This document shows positions 8,108-17,637 of a DNA stretch of 60,645 bases, piece after piece (position 1 is the stretch's first letter; each line of letters begins with the position of its first letter). The stretch is taken from the IMG/VR virus record IMGVR_UViG_3300028586_000004, positions 1-60,645 of that record. The stretch is one strand, 5' to 3'. A program made the position numbers and the translations under genes. A model generated the notes under the pieces. It had not been told where the DNA came from. It did no database searches and was given only the letters and a program-made list of their open reading frames with translations. This DNA is from a virus.

Positions 8108-9529
8108 CTAGCTGTTGCGCACGAGGTAGTGCGAGTCCTTGGTGACGCCAGCGGCAGCGATCTGCGCGGCGGTGGGGGGCCATGTGCCCGAGTAGACCCA
8201 GGGCTGCTTGCGCGTGCCGGAGCCGTCCGAGTTGGGGTACACGAAGATCGTGTTCGCGTAGCCGTCGGTGACCCAGCGGGACGGGGTCGCGCGGATGCAG
8301 AGCCAGCCGTCGAGCTGCGTCCAGATCGGCTGCAGGAACTTGCCGCCGTACACCCGCATGCGACCGCCCGCGGTGTCGGACGAGGAGTCGCCGACGTGGG
8401 TGAGCTGCAGGTGCTGGGCGATGCCCGCGCCGGAAGGTCCGGTGTTCCCGTTGTCCTGCGAGACGATGACGTCGGTGATGATGAGCTCGGCGTTCGTCGA
8501 CTCCCAGCCGAGCGGCGTCGCGTTGGTGAAGCCGCCGAGTCCGTCGTTCTGCGTCTCGCCGATGTGGTCGAGCTTGCAGCGGGTGAGCGCGTACACGCGA
8601 CCGCTCGTCGACATGCCCTCGTCGTTCGCGGCGTAGCGCGAGACGTTGGAGTGGTGCAGCCACGTGTCGAACATGCGGGACTCGTACTCGTCGTTGCCCA
8701 TCCACGGCACGCACTTGCGCGGGCGCGAGGCGTCGTAGGCGGGCGAGATACGGCCGTCGAACTCGCAGCTGTAGAAGCTGATCCGCGAGCGCGCAGACGT
8801 GAAGTTCGCCATCTCGAACGGCGGCTGCGACATCCACGCCTTGCCGGCGCCCTGGAAGCGCACGTGCGAGACGACGCCCGCGCCGGTCGTGTCGGAGTAC
8901 ATCGTCGGGCCCTGGTGGGGTGCCGGCTGCGGCGTCGTCGGGCGCTGGACGCCGGTGATGTCCGAGGCGATCGTGGTCAGCGGGTTCTGGTTGGCCGCGC
9001 GGAACGTGAGGCCCCCGAGGAAGAACGGGCTCGACGGGCTGGAGTCCAGCCGGAACATGCCCATCTGGTTCGGCGCGAACGAGGACTGCGTCATGGTCGC
9101 GAGCTTGTCGAGCTGCGCCTGCGTCATCGAGTTGGCCTTCATGCTCACGAAGGTCTTGTCGTAGCCGCGGCCGGTGAAGCCGCGGAACTTCATGCCGAAC
9201 CAGAAGCCGAACGCGTAGGTCGGGTCGCCCGATGCGCCGATCATCCGGAACTGGTCGAGCACGTAGTCGCCCTCGCCGAGGTTCACGAGCACGGGGCCTG
9301 AGGCGGCGTCGACTGTCGCCTTGAGGTTGGTGTAGAAGTCGGAGGAGGCGGTCTGGATGTTCACGCGAGTCGTGCCGGCGGGGATCCGATCTTCCCAGTC
9401 GGAGACCGAGCGGTACGCCGTCGGGAGGTTCGTGTCGGAGAAGTCCCACGTGACGGCGTCGAGACTGACGTCTGGCAGCCCGACGCCGCGGAAGATGCTC
9501 GCGCTGATGCGCTGACGAAGGTGGGTCAT
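8108..9529 (-). CDS. beta-helix-like putative glycanase/fibre protein (473 aa)
   Basis: Start set to ATG 9529, giving an ATGA overlap with the stop of 9526..9993. The first 50 codons of the tracked ORF lie inside the upstream gene. Confidence 0.45.
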   Translation of the reverse strand: MTHLRQRISASIFRGVGLPDVSLDAVTWDFSDTNLPTAYRSVSDWEDRIPAGTTRVNIQTASSDFYTNLKATVDAASGPVLVNLGEGDYVLDQFRMIGASGDPTYAFGFWFGMKFRGFTGRGYDKTFVSMKANSMTQAQLDKLATMTQSSFAPNQMGMFRLDSSPSSPFFLGGLTFRAANQNPLTTIASDITGVQRPTTPQPAPHQGPTMYSDTTGAGVVSHVRFQGAGKAWMSQPPFEMANFTSARSRISFYSCEFDGRISPAYDASRPRKCVPWMGNDEYESRMFDTWLHHSNVSRYAANDEGMSTSGRVYALTRCKLDHIGETQNDGLGGFTNATPLGWESTNAELIITDVIVSQDNGNTGPSGAGIAQHLQLTHVGDSSSDTAGGRMRVYGGKFLQPIWTQLDGWLCIRATPSRWVTDGYANTIFVYPNSDGSGTRKQPWVYSGTWPPTAAQIAAAGVTKDSHYLVRNS

Positions 9530-9993
9530 GCGACGGTCGAGTCCGCGTGAGGGATCCAGACGTCGAAGTTGATGCGCGCCTCGAGGGGCGCCGTCGCGGT
9601 CGGGTCGTTCGTCGAGTAGAAGGTGACCGGCAGGGCAGAGCTGCCCAGCGCCGGCCAAGTGCGCGTCGTCGCGTTCCACAGTCGAGCGGAGGAGGCGCCG
9701 CCGGTGAACTTCGCGTCCGCCTCCGCCTTCGTGTAGACCGTGGAGGCGTTGGCCTTCGTGCCGAGGGCAGCGTCCGACTCCGCCTTCGTGTAGACGCCCG
9801 ACGCGTTCGCCTTCGGCGCCACTGCCGCGGAGATGGCAGCGTCCGCTTGGGACTTGTCGTAGACGTTTGCCGCGTCTGCCTTCGAGGTGAGCTGCGCGAT
9901 GGACGCCTTCGCGGCGAGAGAGGCACTGACCTGCGCCTGGTAGTTCTGCAGCTCCTGCCGCGTGACGACGATCCTGTTGAGCGGCTGTGCCAT
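9526..9993 (-). CDS. fibre-like protein with YTKAE(S/A)DA repeats (155 aa)
   Basis: Repeats VYDKSQADAA / VYTKAESDAA / VYTKAEADAK are typical of phage fibre shafts. Confidence 0.55.
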   Translation of the reverse strand: MAQPLNRIVVTRQELQNYQAQVSASLAAKASIAQLTSKADAANVYDKSQADAAISAAVAPKANASGVYTKAESDAALGTKANASTVYTKAEADAKFTGGASSARLWNATTRTWPALGSSALPVTFYSTNDPTATAPLEARINFDVWIPHADSTVA

Positions 9994-10005
9994 GGGTGGT
10001 TCCTT

Positions 10006-10296
10006 CTAGATCGCGATGTACGGATCGCCGGTGGTGGCGTCGAACTGGATGTCGGCGCCCGGCGTCCCGGCCGCGTCGGTGATGTAGATGTCGCCGGTGT
10101 CGGGGTCGATGGCGACGCTCGAGGCGGGCGCCTCGCCGCCGCCGGTCGCGAAGCGCGCGTCCCAGGCCGCGAGGACCGCCGGGTCAGTCGGGAGCTTCGT
10201 GGTGGGGTCGACCCGCACGGTGTCCAGCGGAAGGCCGCGGGGATCCATGCGCTTCGTGGTGGGATCCGCGAGGATGAAGCGGTCGCCTTCGGCCAT
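10006..10296 (-). CDS. hypothetical protein (96 aa)
   Basis: ORF track; unbiased composition with internal DPTTK repeats. Confidence 0.55.
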   Translation of the reverse strand: MAEGDRFILADPTTKRMDPRGLPLDTVRVDPTTKLPTDPAVLAAWDARFATGGGEAPASSVAIDPDTGDIYITDAAGTPGADIQFDATTGDPYIAI

Positions 10297-10299
10297 GAT

Positions 10300-10449
10300 C
10301 TACTTCGCCGAGACGGTGGAGCCAGGCTGGCGCCGCTGGGCGCTGAGCGCCTCCACCTCGGAGCGGTAGGGCGTCGCCTTCCCGTCCTTCGTGACGACGG
10401 TCCAGGTGGTCGCGCCACCCTTCGCCCGGGATCCGCAGTTGCATGCCAT
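10300..10449 (-). CDS. small CxC protein MACNCGSRAKGG.. (49 aa)
   Basis: Below the ORF-track cutoff. ATG 10449 has RBS GAAGGA, third-position GC is high, and it fills the gap between 10462 and 10296. Confidence 0.55.
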   Translation of the reverse strand: MACNCGSRAKGGATTWTVVTKDGKATPYRSEVEALSAQRRQPGSTVSAK

Positions 10450-10461
10450 GGTGGTGTCCTT

Positions 10462-12765
10462 CTAGTCGAGCTGACGAAGCGACTGGAGTCGCATCGCACG
10501 GATGGGGGCGGCCTGCTCGCGCACGGCGGCGAGCCGGGCGGCGCGGGTCTCGGCGGCGAGCTTCTGCTCCTGGCGGAACTCCAGCTCGTCGGCCACGGCC
10601 GCGACCAGGTTAGCCTGCTGCTGGGCCTGAACGGAGGGCCGGTACTCGTTCTCCTGCTGCACGATGCCCGACGCCACCAGCGAGACCTGGCGGCCCTCGC
10701 TGGCACCCTGGCCGATGCGCGGGATGGGGAAGCCGGCCACGTTCACGGCGAGCGCGCCGACGAGCTCGAAGCTGCCGCGCATCTCGCGCCAGTCGCCCGA
10801 CAGCGCGGATGCCTTGAGCTCCTGGCGCTGCTCGTCGGTGACTCGGCCGCGCACGGCGCCGGCCACCCAGATGCCGTAGGCGTCCTCACCCGCCGCGACG
10901 CTGGCGACGTTGGTGCCCGTGTTGTCGTAGTGCGCCATCGCGGCGGCCGACCGCAGGCGGAGCGCCGCGTGGCCGGTTCCCATGGTGATGCGGCCGACGG
11001 GGATGTCCCCCTCGGTCGTCTCGATGAGGCCGGTGTGGAAGTAGGCGTACCCCGTCGCGCTGTGCGGCGGCGTCTGGCACTTCCCCTGGACGCCGATGTG
11101 GCAGGTGTCGAAGGTGGCGAGGTGGCCGTAGACGCGGCCATCCTCGGTGATCGTCAGCGGGGTGGGGCCGTCGAGCTTCGGGTCCCGGAACCAGGCAGCG
11201 TCGAGCTGCGCGGGCGCCGCCGAGGCGACGAGCGTCATCGACGGTGCGGCCTCGCCCTCGAGCTCAGTCTCGAAGCGGCCGTTCTGGCGGCCGGGCCAGG
11301 TAGCCGTCGCGACCTTGTGCAGATTCGCGCACGTGCCGTTGAGGTAGGCCGGGTTCACGTACTTCCCGAGCTGCATGCGGCAGCGGTTGAAGTCGCCGTC
11401 GACGCCCCAGTTGATCTTGAGCGCGCCCTCTCCCTGGGTCCAATACTTCCGGAGCCGAGAGGTGGCCTTCGGTTCGGTGATCCAGCCGGGGCCGTCCTTC
11501 GTTCCGGGCGCGAAGGCTGCCGATGCGACGATCGCTTCGGCCTCCTCCTGCACGGCGGCGATGTCCTCGTCGGTGGGGATCTCGTCGTCGTCGCCCGCGG
11601 CGATCTTCGGCTTGTACTCGGCCGGCGCTTCGCCGAGGGCGATGAACGCCTCCGGGAACGCGGGGATGGGGACCACGGTGGCGCCGGCCACGCGTGCGTT
11701 CGCGGTCTCGACCGGACGGCGGCCGGGGTTCTCGGTGATCGCGGCGCGGAAGGCGGCCTCGTCGATCTCCACCTCGTAGTCGTCGACGTCGACGGACACG
11801 CCGCGGACGGAGCCGTCGGTGATGTAGCTGACGACCTTGTCGGCCTCGGGGCTGATGCGGAACTCGCCCGTGTAGCGGACCAGGCCGTCCTCGCCGGGGG
11901 TGATGGTGTCGATGCGGCCGACGACGACCGAGCCGGCGTGGCCCTCGCTCGACTTCTCCTGCCAGCCGAGGGGCAGCGGGAGCTCGCGGTTCGTGAGGGA
12001 CTTGAACTTCCGTCCGTCGCCGGACTCGACGCCGACCGGGGCGAGCACGCCGTAGAAGGGGACCGGCTTGATGTCGTCCATCACGTCGACGTCTTCATCG
12101 TCGGCCACGCCGAGACGATCGCCGATGTCCGGGTCGCCATCCGGGTCGGTCTCCTTGACGGGGGCGGTGGCTGCTGCGGTCATGCTGTTCCCTCCAGGGC
12201 TCTCGTGGACAGCGTAGTCGTCGCCGTCCTCCACGGGCACTACCAGACAGCGACAGCGGATCCAGTTCTTCGGGTCGCCCGACGGATCCCCGGGGAAGAG
12301 GAGCTTCGCGCCGTCGACGTCGAACTTCGTGCCCCATGCCTCGACGGTGCCGTCCATGGCGACGTGCGACGGACGCACGCGCGCGTCGTCGCGCGCCACC
12401 CAGCGCCGGCCGCGCGTGCGCCGCGCGATGCCAGCCCGGTGGGCGGCGGAGTTCGCGGCGAAGGTCGACACCCACTCGGTGACGACCTGGACCTTGGCCG
12501 CCGTGACGACGCCACCAGGATCCGTCGTCTTGGCGAGGTGCTCGCGCATGTCCGCCTCGAACCGCTGGAGGATCCCCATGGTGGCGTACTGGGTGCCGGC
12601 GTCCTTCTCGAACAGCTCCAGGAACAGCACGGCCGCGCCCTCGATGATGTCCGCTGTCCAGCTCGACGAGCCGTACCGCGCGAGACCCGCCTCCACGATG
12701 GGAGCGATTTCGCGGTCGAACGTCTCGAGGCGGCCGGTGCGGTTCGCGAAGGCAGCGGCGTCCAC
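10462..12765 (-). CDS. MuF-like minor capsid protein fused to a prohead-protease-like region (767 aa)
   Basis: RVRPSHVAMDGT..NWIRCRCLVVPV is the Phage_Mu_F / SPP1 gp7-type signature. There is a long C-terminal extension. The GTG start overlaps the portal stop (TAGTG). Confidence 0.7.
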   Translation of the reverse strand: MDAAAFANRTGRLETFDREIAPIVEAGLARYGSSSWTADIIEGAAVLFLELFEKDAGTQYATMGILQRFEADMREHLAKTTDPGGVVTAAKVQVVTEWVSTFAANSAAHRAGIARRTRGRRWVARDDARVRPSHVAMDGTVEAWGTKFDVDGAKLLFPGDPSGDPKNWIRCRCLVVPVEDGDDYAVHESPGGNSMTAAATAPVKETDPDGDPDIGDRLGVADDEDVDVMDDIKPVPFYGVLAPVGVESGDGRKFKSLTNRELPLPLGWQEKSSEGHAGSVVVGRIDTITPGEDGLVRYTGEFRISPEADKVVSYITDGSVRGVSVDVDDYEVEIDEAAFRAAITENPGRRPVETANARVAGATVVPIPAFPEAFIALGEAPAEYKPKIAAGDDDEIPTDEDIAAVQEEAEAIVASAAFAPGTKDGPGWITEPKATSRLRKYWTQGEGALKINWGVDGDFNRCRMQLGKYVNPAYLNGTCANLHKVATATWPGRQNGRFETELEGEAAPSMTLVASAAPAQLDAAWFRDPKLDGPTPLTITEDGRVYGHLATFDTCHIGVQGKCQTPPHSATGYAYFHTGLIETTEGDIPVGRITMGTGHAALRLRSAAAMAHYDNTGTNVASVAAGEDAYGIWVAGAVRGRVTDEQRQELKASALSGDWREMRGSFELVGALAVNVAGFPIPRIGQGASEGRQVSLVASGIVQQENEYRPSVQAQQQANLVAAVADELEFRQEQKLAAETRAARLAAVREQAAPIRAMRLQSLRQLD

Positions 12766-14591
12766 TAGGCCAGGCCGTCCAGGTGCTCGACGAGGCGCTC
12801 GCGGCTGTACGGATGCTGGCCCGACAGGAGCTCGCGCGCGTACGCGTCGCAGGCGCTGGCGAGCCCCTCGGGGTCACAGCTGACCGAGATTCGCGATGCC
12901 ATGCCCCACGCGTCCGCGAGCAGGTGGTCGAAGTCGGCAGGCTTCGCGGCGACCGCCTGGTAGTAGTCGGCCGCGTCGGTACCGGGGAGTCGCACGTTGT
13001 AGCGCGTCTTCATCCGGTTGCCGGCGCGCTCCATGGCGCGGAAGACGAGCAGCTCGGCAGATGCGGTGAGCGCCTCATTGCCGGTCGGCATCTCCGGGGG
13101 TTCGCGGCGCGGGTGGGCCTCGAGGCTCGGCGCCGGCCGCCCCTCGACCGCCTCGACGGGAGCCGCCGTGGGCGCCTCCTGCACGTCGGGCATCTCGACG
13201 CCGAGGATCGCGGCCGCCGCGGCGACGAGCTCCGGAGTAGTGGAGCCCTTCGCCATCCCGATGAGGATCAGGCGCTGCAGGTCCTGGTCGTCCATGAGGT
13301 CGGAGTCGTCGAAGCCGTTCTCGCGCAGCGCCGTCATCTTGCCGACCAGGCCCCGGTCGTACAGCTCGATCGACTCGGCCGAGCGGTTCGGGCGCAGGCG
13401 CATCGCGGCGGTGTCGACGCCGATGCTGTACTCCCGGGCCTCCTCCGGCGACATGCCGGCGGCCTCGAGCATGGGGCGCAGGTAGCCGGTGGTGAGGCTG
13501 TTCACGATGGTGTCGAGCAGAGGCTCGGTGTGGGCCTTGATCGCCGCCTCCTCCACCTGCCACGCGCCCCAGTGGTTGAGGTCGCCCGTGCCGGTGAGCA
13601 CCTCGGGCGGGAGATCCATCGCGAGCGACAGGCGACGGATCGCGTCGGCGCGCAGCTCGAGCGCCTTCTCGTCCAGCTGTGACCAGAAGGTCATGTGCTT
13701 CGCCGCGGCGATGTCGTCGGGCTGGCCCGTGACCACGATCGGCACATGCGCGGCGGCCGATCCGCGGTCCTGCAGTGATGCCGTCATGGCGTCCTGCAGC
13801 GTGTTCAGGAAGGTGCCCACGGCCGGCGTGTCGGCCGCGCCCTCTTCGTCGTCCTTCGGCTGCGCGCCGGGGAAGCCCATGTTCGCGGACAGGAACAGGA
13901 TGCCGGCACCCGCGAGGCGCGAGTCCACCTGCGAGGCGATGTGCTGCGTGAGGCGGTGGATCTCCGCCAGCGTCTCTAGCGACGCGCGCGGCGGGGCGTC
14001 GGCCTCGTCGCTGCGCTCGGGGTGCGGGCGCCACAGGCGGAGCACGAAGGTCTGGGCGCCGAACTCCTCGTCGCCCACCTTCCAGCCATGGCCGTCGAGC
14101 CGCTGCAGCTGAGTGCTCGCGGCGAAGGTCCAGTGGTCGCCCATCGCGCGCGTCTCGCCGACGATGTAGCCCTCGCCCGCGACAGAGAAGTTGATGCCCG
14201 CGAGGCGGAGCATGTGCGACTGCCCCATGGCCCCGCCGAACAGGCCCTCGACGAGCTCGACGACGCGCTCGTCGGTGGTGAGCTTCCCCTGGTGAAACGG
14301 CAGCAGCCGCGCCTTCGACAGGAGGTTGCCGACCCACTCAACGGAGTAGCGAAACTCACCGATCTTGTCGAACCAGTCCCATGCCTCCGACTGCCACGCG
14401 TCCCGGCGGATCCGCTGCTCACTGACTCGCTGCTTCATGGTCGGGCGGACGCTCATCGGCGTGGCCGAAGCGACCATCGCGTTGTCGTAGACCGACGAGC
14501 GGAAGCTGGTGAGGTCGGTGACCCGGCGAGAGTTCAGCCGTTCGAGCTGCTGCTGAGCGGTGTTCGCGGCTTCGCGTGCGGTGGTGGGCAT
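12765..14591 (-). CDS. portal protein (608 aa)
   Basis: Size and position between terL and the MuF gene fit a portal. The N-terminal region WDWFDKIGEFRYSVEWVGN is typical of actinophage portals (from memory). Confidence 0.75.
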   Translation of the reverse strand: MPTTAREAANTAQQQLERLNSRRVTDLTSFRSSVYDNAMVASATPMSVRPTMKQRVSEQRIRRDAWQSEAWDWFDKIGEFRYSVEWVGNLLSKARLLPFHQGKLTTDERVVELVEGLFGGAMGQSHMLRLAGINFSVAGEGYIVGETRAMGDHWTFAASTQLQRLDGHGWKVGDEEFGAQTFVLRLWRPHPERSDEADAPPRASLETLAEIHRLTQHIASQVDSRLAGAGILFLSANMGFPGAQPKDDEEGAADTPAVGTFLNTLQDAMTASLQDRGSAAAHVPIVVTGQPDDIAAAKHMTFWSQLDEKALELRADAIRRLSLAMDLPPEVLTGTGDLNHWGAWQVEEAAIKAHTEPLLDTIVNSLTTGYLRPMLEAAGMSPEEAREYSIGVDTAAMRLRPNRSAESIELYDRGLVGKMTALRENGFDDSDLMDDQDLQRLILIGMAKGSTTPELVAAAAAILGVEMPDVQEAPTAAPVEAVEGRPAPSLEAHPRREPPEMPTGNEALTASAELLVFRAMERAGNRMKTRYNVRLPGTDAADYYQAVAAKPADFDHLLADAWGMASRISVSCDPEGLASACDAYARELLSGQHPYSRERLVEHLDGLA

Positions 14592-14606
14592 CCTGGTCTT
14601 CCTGCG

Positions 14607-14942
14607 CTACGCGCGCTGCTCGTCGCGGCCGATGATGATGCTGGCGAGGTAGCTCACGGCGAGCCAGCCCCAGAACAGCCACCACGACCAGTGCAGCCCG
14701 GACAGCAGGCCCCACGCGAGACAGACTGCCATGATCCACGGCGTCGCGCACCACTGGCAGCGCGCGAGCTTCGACCAGGAGCCGTCCTTCGTCAGCGCGC
14801 TCCAGCGATCGCGCGCCCAGGCGGAGGGGGGGAAGTCGTCGTAGGTGATGACGCGAGACAGGCGGCCGACACCGAGCGCGGCGACGAGCACTGCGGCGAG
14901 GGCGACCAGCGGGTGCTGCTCGAGGAGGTTCAGGAGGTTCAT
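14607..14942 (-). CDS. membrane protein, DUF1360-like (111 aa)
   Basis: Start set to ATG 14942 (ATGA overlap with the terL stop). Has hydrophobic segments and a CQWCATPW motif. Confidence 0.55.
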   Translation of the reverse strand: MNLLNLLEQHPLVALAAVLVAALGVGRLSRVITYDDFPPSAWARDRWSALTKDGSWSKLARCQWCATPWIMAVCLAWGLLSGLHWSWWLFWGWLAVSYLASIIIGRDEQRA

Positions 14943-16480
14943 CGTCGTGCCCACATTCCATTCGTCGGGGTAGGTGCCTTGAGCGGCCCGAGTCTACTCC
15001 AGACCGACGCGCGCCCCGTAGGCCCCGTCGCCATCCGCCCCTTCGGCGCCGCGAGGCTCGCCTCCTCGCTCGTGCCGGCCAGCTCGGTGATGCCCCACAC
15101 GAGCGCATCCACGCGGTTCGGCGATGCACCCTCACCCGGCACCCACGTCAGCTGCTCGTTCTCCAGCTTGTCCAGGCCCGCGTACCGCTTGTGGATCACG
15201 CGTCCCTGCTCGTAGAAGCCGACCGTCGGTTCCGCGCGGATCTGCTTGCCGCGGGAGGCGAACGTCTCGATGAGCCGGACACCCTCGCCCATCTTCTTGC
15301 CGTGCTCGTCGAGCGTCGTGTCGAGCACCTGGCGGACCATGTCGCCGCCGAAGTTCTTCTCGAAGACAATCGCATCCGCGACCCACTTCGCGCGCGCCTT
15401 GAACGCGGCGGTCGCCCACTCGTTCGGCGACATCTTCGCGGTGAGGTCCTCCAGCACCCAGAACACGTCGCCCTTCCGGCCGACCACGATGATGCCGGTC
15501 TCGTCCGAGCGCGCGTTCTTCGTGCCGGCCGGGTCGACCGCGACCACGATGCGGTCCAGGTCCAGGGGCATGTAGTCCTGGTGGATCATCGTCGGATCCC
15601 ACATCGCGCCCTCAACGTCTTCGAGCAGCTCGCCGTGCAGCTCCTGCAGGCCGAGGCGCGTGCCCTCGTACCGCTTGAGCACGGTGCGCGCGAACGACGG
15701 CGCCAGGTTCTCCAGGTTCTCGTACGTCGACGCCCGGACGGCGACCGTGTCCTTCTCCTTGATGAGCTCGCGCATCCACTCGTTCGTCTTCGGCGTGGTG
15801 GTGAGCGCGATCTTCGGGTCGTTGCCCAGTCGCATCCCGAGCAGGAGGTTCGACCAGACGTCGTCGATGGCGGGGTAGTGAGCAGGCTCGTCGCACCAGC
15901 CGGCGCCGTGCTGTGGGCCACGCAAGCGGTCGGGCTCCTCGGCCGAGTAGGTCTGCGCGATGGCCCCGTTCTCGAACGTGACGCGGTGCTTCGACGGCTC
16001 CCACTGGATCTTCTCGCCCGCGTTCATACACACCGACTGCAGGCCCGACTCGCCCTCGATCAGCGTGTCGCGGACGTCGCCGGTGGTGCGAGCGACCAGC
16101 GCCATGCGGGGGGTCTTCTTCGACATGGTCCGCGCCCACTCGGCGCCCGAGCGCGTCTTCCCTGACCCACGGCCCCCGCGGAGCATCCACACGAACCAGT
16201 CGCCCCGCGGCGGCGGCCACTGGTCGGCGCGCGCGTGGGCGTACATGTAGCCCTCGTGCGGCCGGCCGTTGCAGGCGCGGCCCGGCACGCGCGTGTCCCC
16301 CGGACCAGGGAGCGTGCAGTACCAGGCGCGGCGCACGTTCTTCCGCCGCTCCTCCAGTGCTTCGAGCGCGGCGGCCCGGGCCTTCGGCGACCAGTCCTTC
16401 GTCTGCTCGACTAGGTAGCTAGCCTCGGCCTCGCTGATGCTCACGCAGCTCCCCGATCTCCCATGGTCCGTAGGCGGCAC
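14939..16480 (-). CDS. terL: terminase large subunit (513 aa)
   Basis: Walker A GGRGSGKT, followed by the nuclease half. An alternative GTG start at 16444 would shorten the overlap with 16419..16772. Confidence 0.85.
   Translation of the reverse strand: MPPTDHGRSGSCVSISEAEASYLVEQTKDWSPKARAAALEALEERRKNVRRAWYCTLPGPGDTRVPGRACNGRPHEGYMYAHARADQWPPPRGDWFVWMLRGGRGSGKTRSGAEWARTMSKKTPRMALVARTTGDVRDTLIEGESGLQSVCMNAGEKIQWEPSKHRVTFENGAIAQTYSAEEPDRLRGPQHGAGWCDEPAHYPAIDDVWSNLLLGMRLGNDPKIALTTTPKTNEWMRELIKEKDTVAVRASTYENLENLAPSFARTVLKRYEGTRLGLQELHGELLEDVEGAMWDPTMIHQDYMPLDLDRIVVAVDPAGTKNARSDETGIIVVGRKGDVFWVLEDLTAKMSPNEWATAAFKARAKWVADAIVFEKNFGGDMVRQVLDTTLDEHGKKMGEGVRLIETFASRGKQIRAEPTVGFYEQGRVIHKRYAGLDKLENEQLTWVPGEGASPNRVDALVWGITELAGTSEEASLAAPKGRMATGPTGRASVWSRLGPLKAPTPTNGMWARR
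16409..16424. repeat. CTAG palindrome copy (GACTAGGTAGCTAGCC, 14/16)
   Basis: Contains the TAG stop (16419-16421, minus strand) of the RHH gene. Lies inside the 5' end of terL. Confidence 0.7.
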
Positions 16481-16772
16481 CCGGCGGGATGCTGTCGCTG
16501 TAGCGCCGCGTGTCGGCCCGGCGGATCCGCGGCTCGTCCGCCATCATGTCGAACCACGGCAGGCCGAGGTCGCGGCACACGAAGGCCATGATCGCACGGC
16601 GCGCGTAGCCGGACAGCGACATGCCGCGGCGGTCTGCGGCCAGCGCGAGCGCCACCCGCATCGTCAGCGGCATGTTGAGGATGACGCTCTTCCGCTCGGC
16701 GCGCCGCGGCTGCCTCTCGACCATGACGTCCTCGAGGCGCTGTGCCCACTGGCGGTCTGAGAAGTCAGTCAT
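16419..16772 (-). CDS. ribbon-helix-helix domain protein (117 aa)
   Basis: Start ATG 16772 (ATGACTGA overlap with the terS stop). SVILNMPLTMRVALALAADRRGMSLSGYARRAIM is a CopG/Arc-type strand-helix-helix. Confidence 0.5.
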   Translation of the reverse strand: MTDFSDRQWAQRLEDVMVERQPRRAERKSVILNMPLTMRVALALAADRRGMSLSGYARRAIMAFVCRDLGLPWFDMMADEPRIRRADTRRYSDSIPPGAAYGPWEIGELREHQRGRG

Positions 16773-17637
16773 CGGGGTCGCCCTCGACGATGACCGCGTC
16801 CTCGATGTCGCCTTCGATGGGGACGTGCTCGCCTTGCGCGCGCGCGACCATCTCGATGATGCGCGCGAACTCCTCCGTCTTGGGGTCGACGAACTGCAGC
16901 TGCGTGGGGGCGTCGAGGCCGTGCAGCTTGATCGCCCGATCGAGCACGGCAAGGTACTGACGGGATGCCGGCAGCAGCTCCGGGTTCGGCATCTCCTCGT
17001 ACAGCTGCTCGTCGGTCTCCTTGCTCCGGCCTACACGGATCCGCACGGTCGGGTTCATGGCGCTCGGCGCCAGCGCCTGCAGCATCTTCTCCAGGCGCGC
17101 GGTCGACAGGTTCCGCAGCGCCGCCTTGTCCTCCTCGCCGTGCGTCTGCGCGAGCGCGCGCTCGACCGCGGCGCGCGCGTACGCGGGGGACTCGTACTCC
17201 AGTACCTCGGCGATCTCGGCGTACGAGGCGCCCTTGATCTTGAGGCTGACGGCGGCGTTGATGCTGTTCTGATTCAGGCGCTCGATGGCTGCCAGCATCT
17301 TCGGCGAGTCGATGTCGTCCGGCTTCGGCGCCGGCATCGGCTTGTGGATCGGGACGTCGAAGTGGACCACGGTCTTCTTCGGTTCGCCGCGCAGCGTCTC
17401 CTTCGTGAGGTCCCCCACGCTGACGACGTTCGGCGGCAGGTTCGCCTCCTTCACGATCTCCACGAGCTCCTCGTCGCTGACCTCGCGCCAGCCCTGCTTC
17501 TCGAAGGTGACGCGGTCCTCCTCGCTGAGTGCATCCCAGTCGACACGCTCGGCCGGCTCCGCGCCCTGCTCTTCCAGCTTGCGGCGCCCCCGCTCGCGGA
17601 TCCGCTCCACCTGCTCGGGAGTGAACTCGTCGCTCAT
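16765..17637 (-). CDS. terS: terminase small subunit candidate (290 aa)
   Basis: Located upstream of terL. Contains the HTH LKIKGASYAEIAEVLEYESPAYARAAVERAL and has acidic termini. Confidence 0.55.
   Translation of the reverse strand: MSDEFTPEQVERIRERGRRKLEEQGAEPAERVDWDALSEEDRVTFEKQGWREVSDEELVEIVKEANLPPNVVSVGDLTKETLRGEPKKTVVHFDVPIHKPMPAPKPDDIDSPKMLAAIERLNQNSINAAVSLKIKGASYAEIAEVLEYESPAYARAAVERALAQTHGEEDKAALRNLSTARLEKMLQALAPSAMNPTVRIRVGRSKETDEQLYEEMPNPELLPASRQYLAVLDRAIKLHGLDAPTQLQFVDPKTEEFARIIEMVARAQGEHVPIEGDIEDAVIVEGDPDD

Noticed and set aside
6585-10706. Very long ORFs on the opposite strand or in off frames: 6585..10706 (-) 1373 aa, 6353..9301 (+) 982 aa, 9547..12768 (+) 1073 aa, 50029..52878 (+) 949 aa, 54583..56607 (+) and 57803..60262 (+).
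   Set aside because: Their translations are dominated by Arg/Pro/Gly/Ala, with no motifs. They overlap well-supported genes (portal, MuF, tape measure, esterase). They are the stop-poor shadow frames expected in GC-rich DNA.
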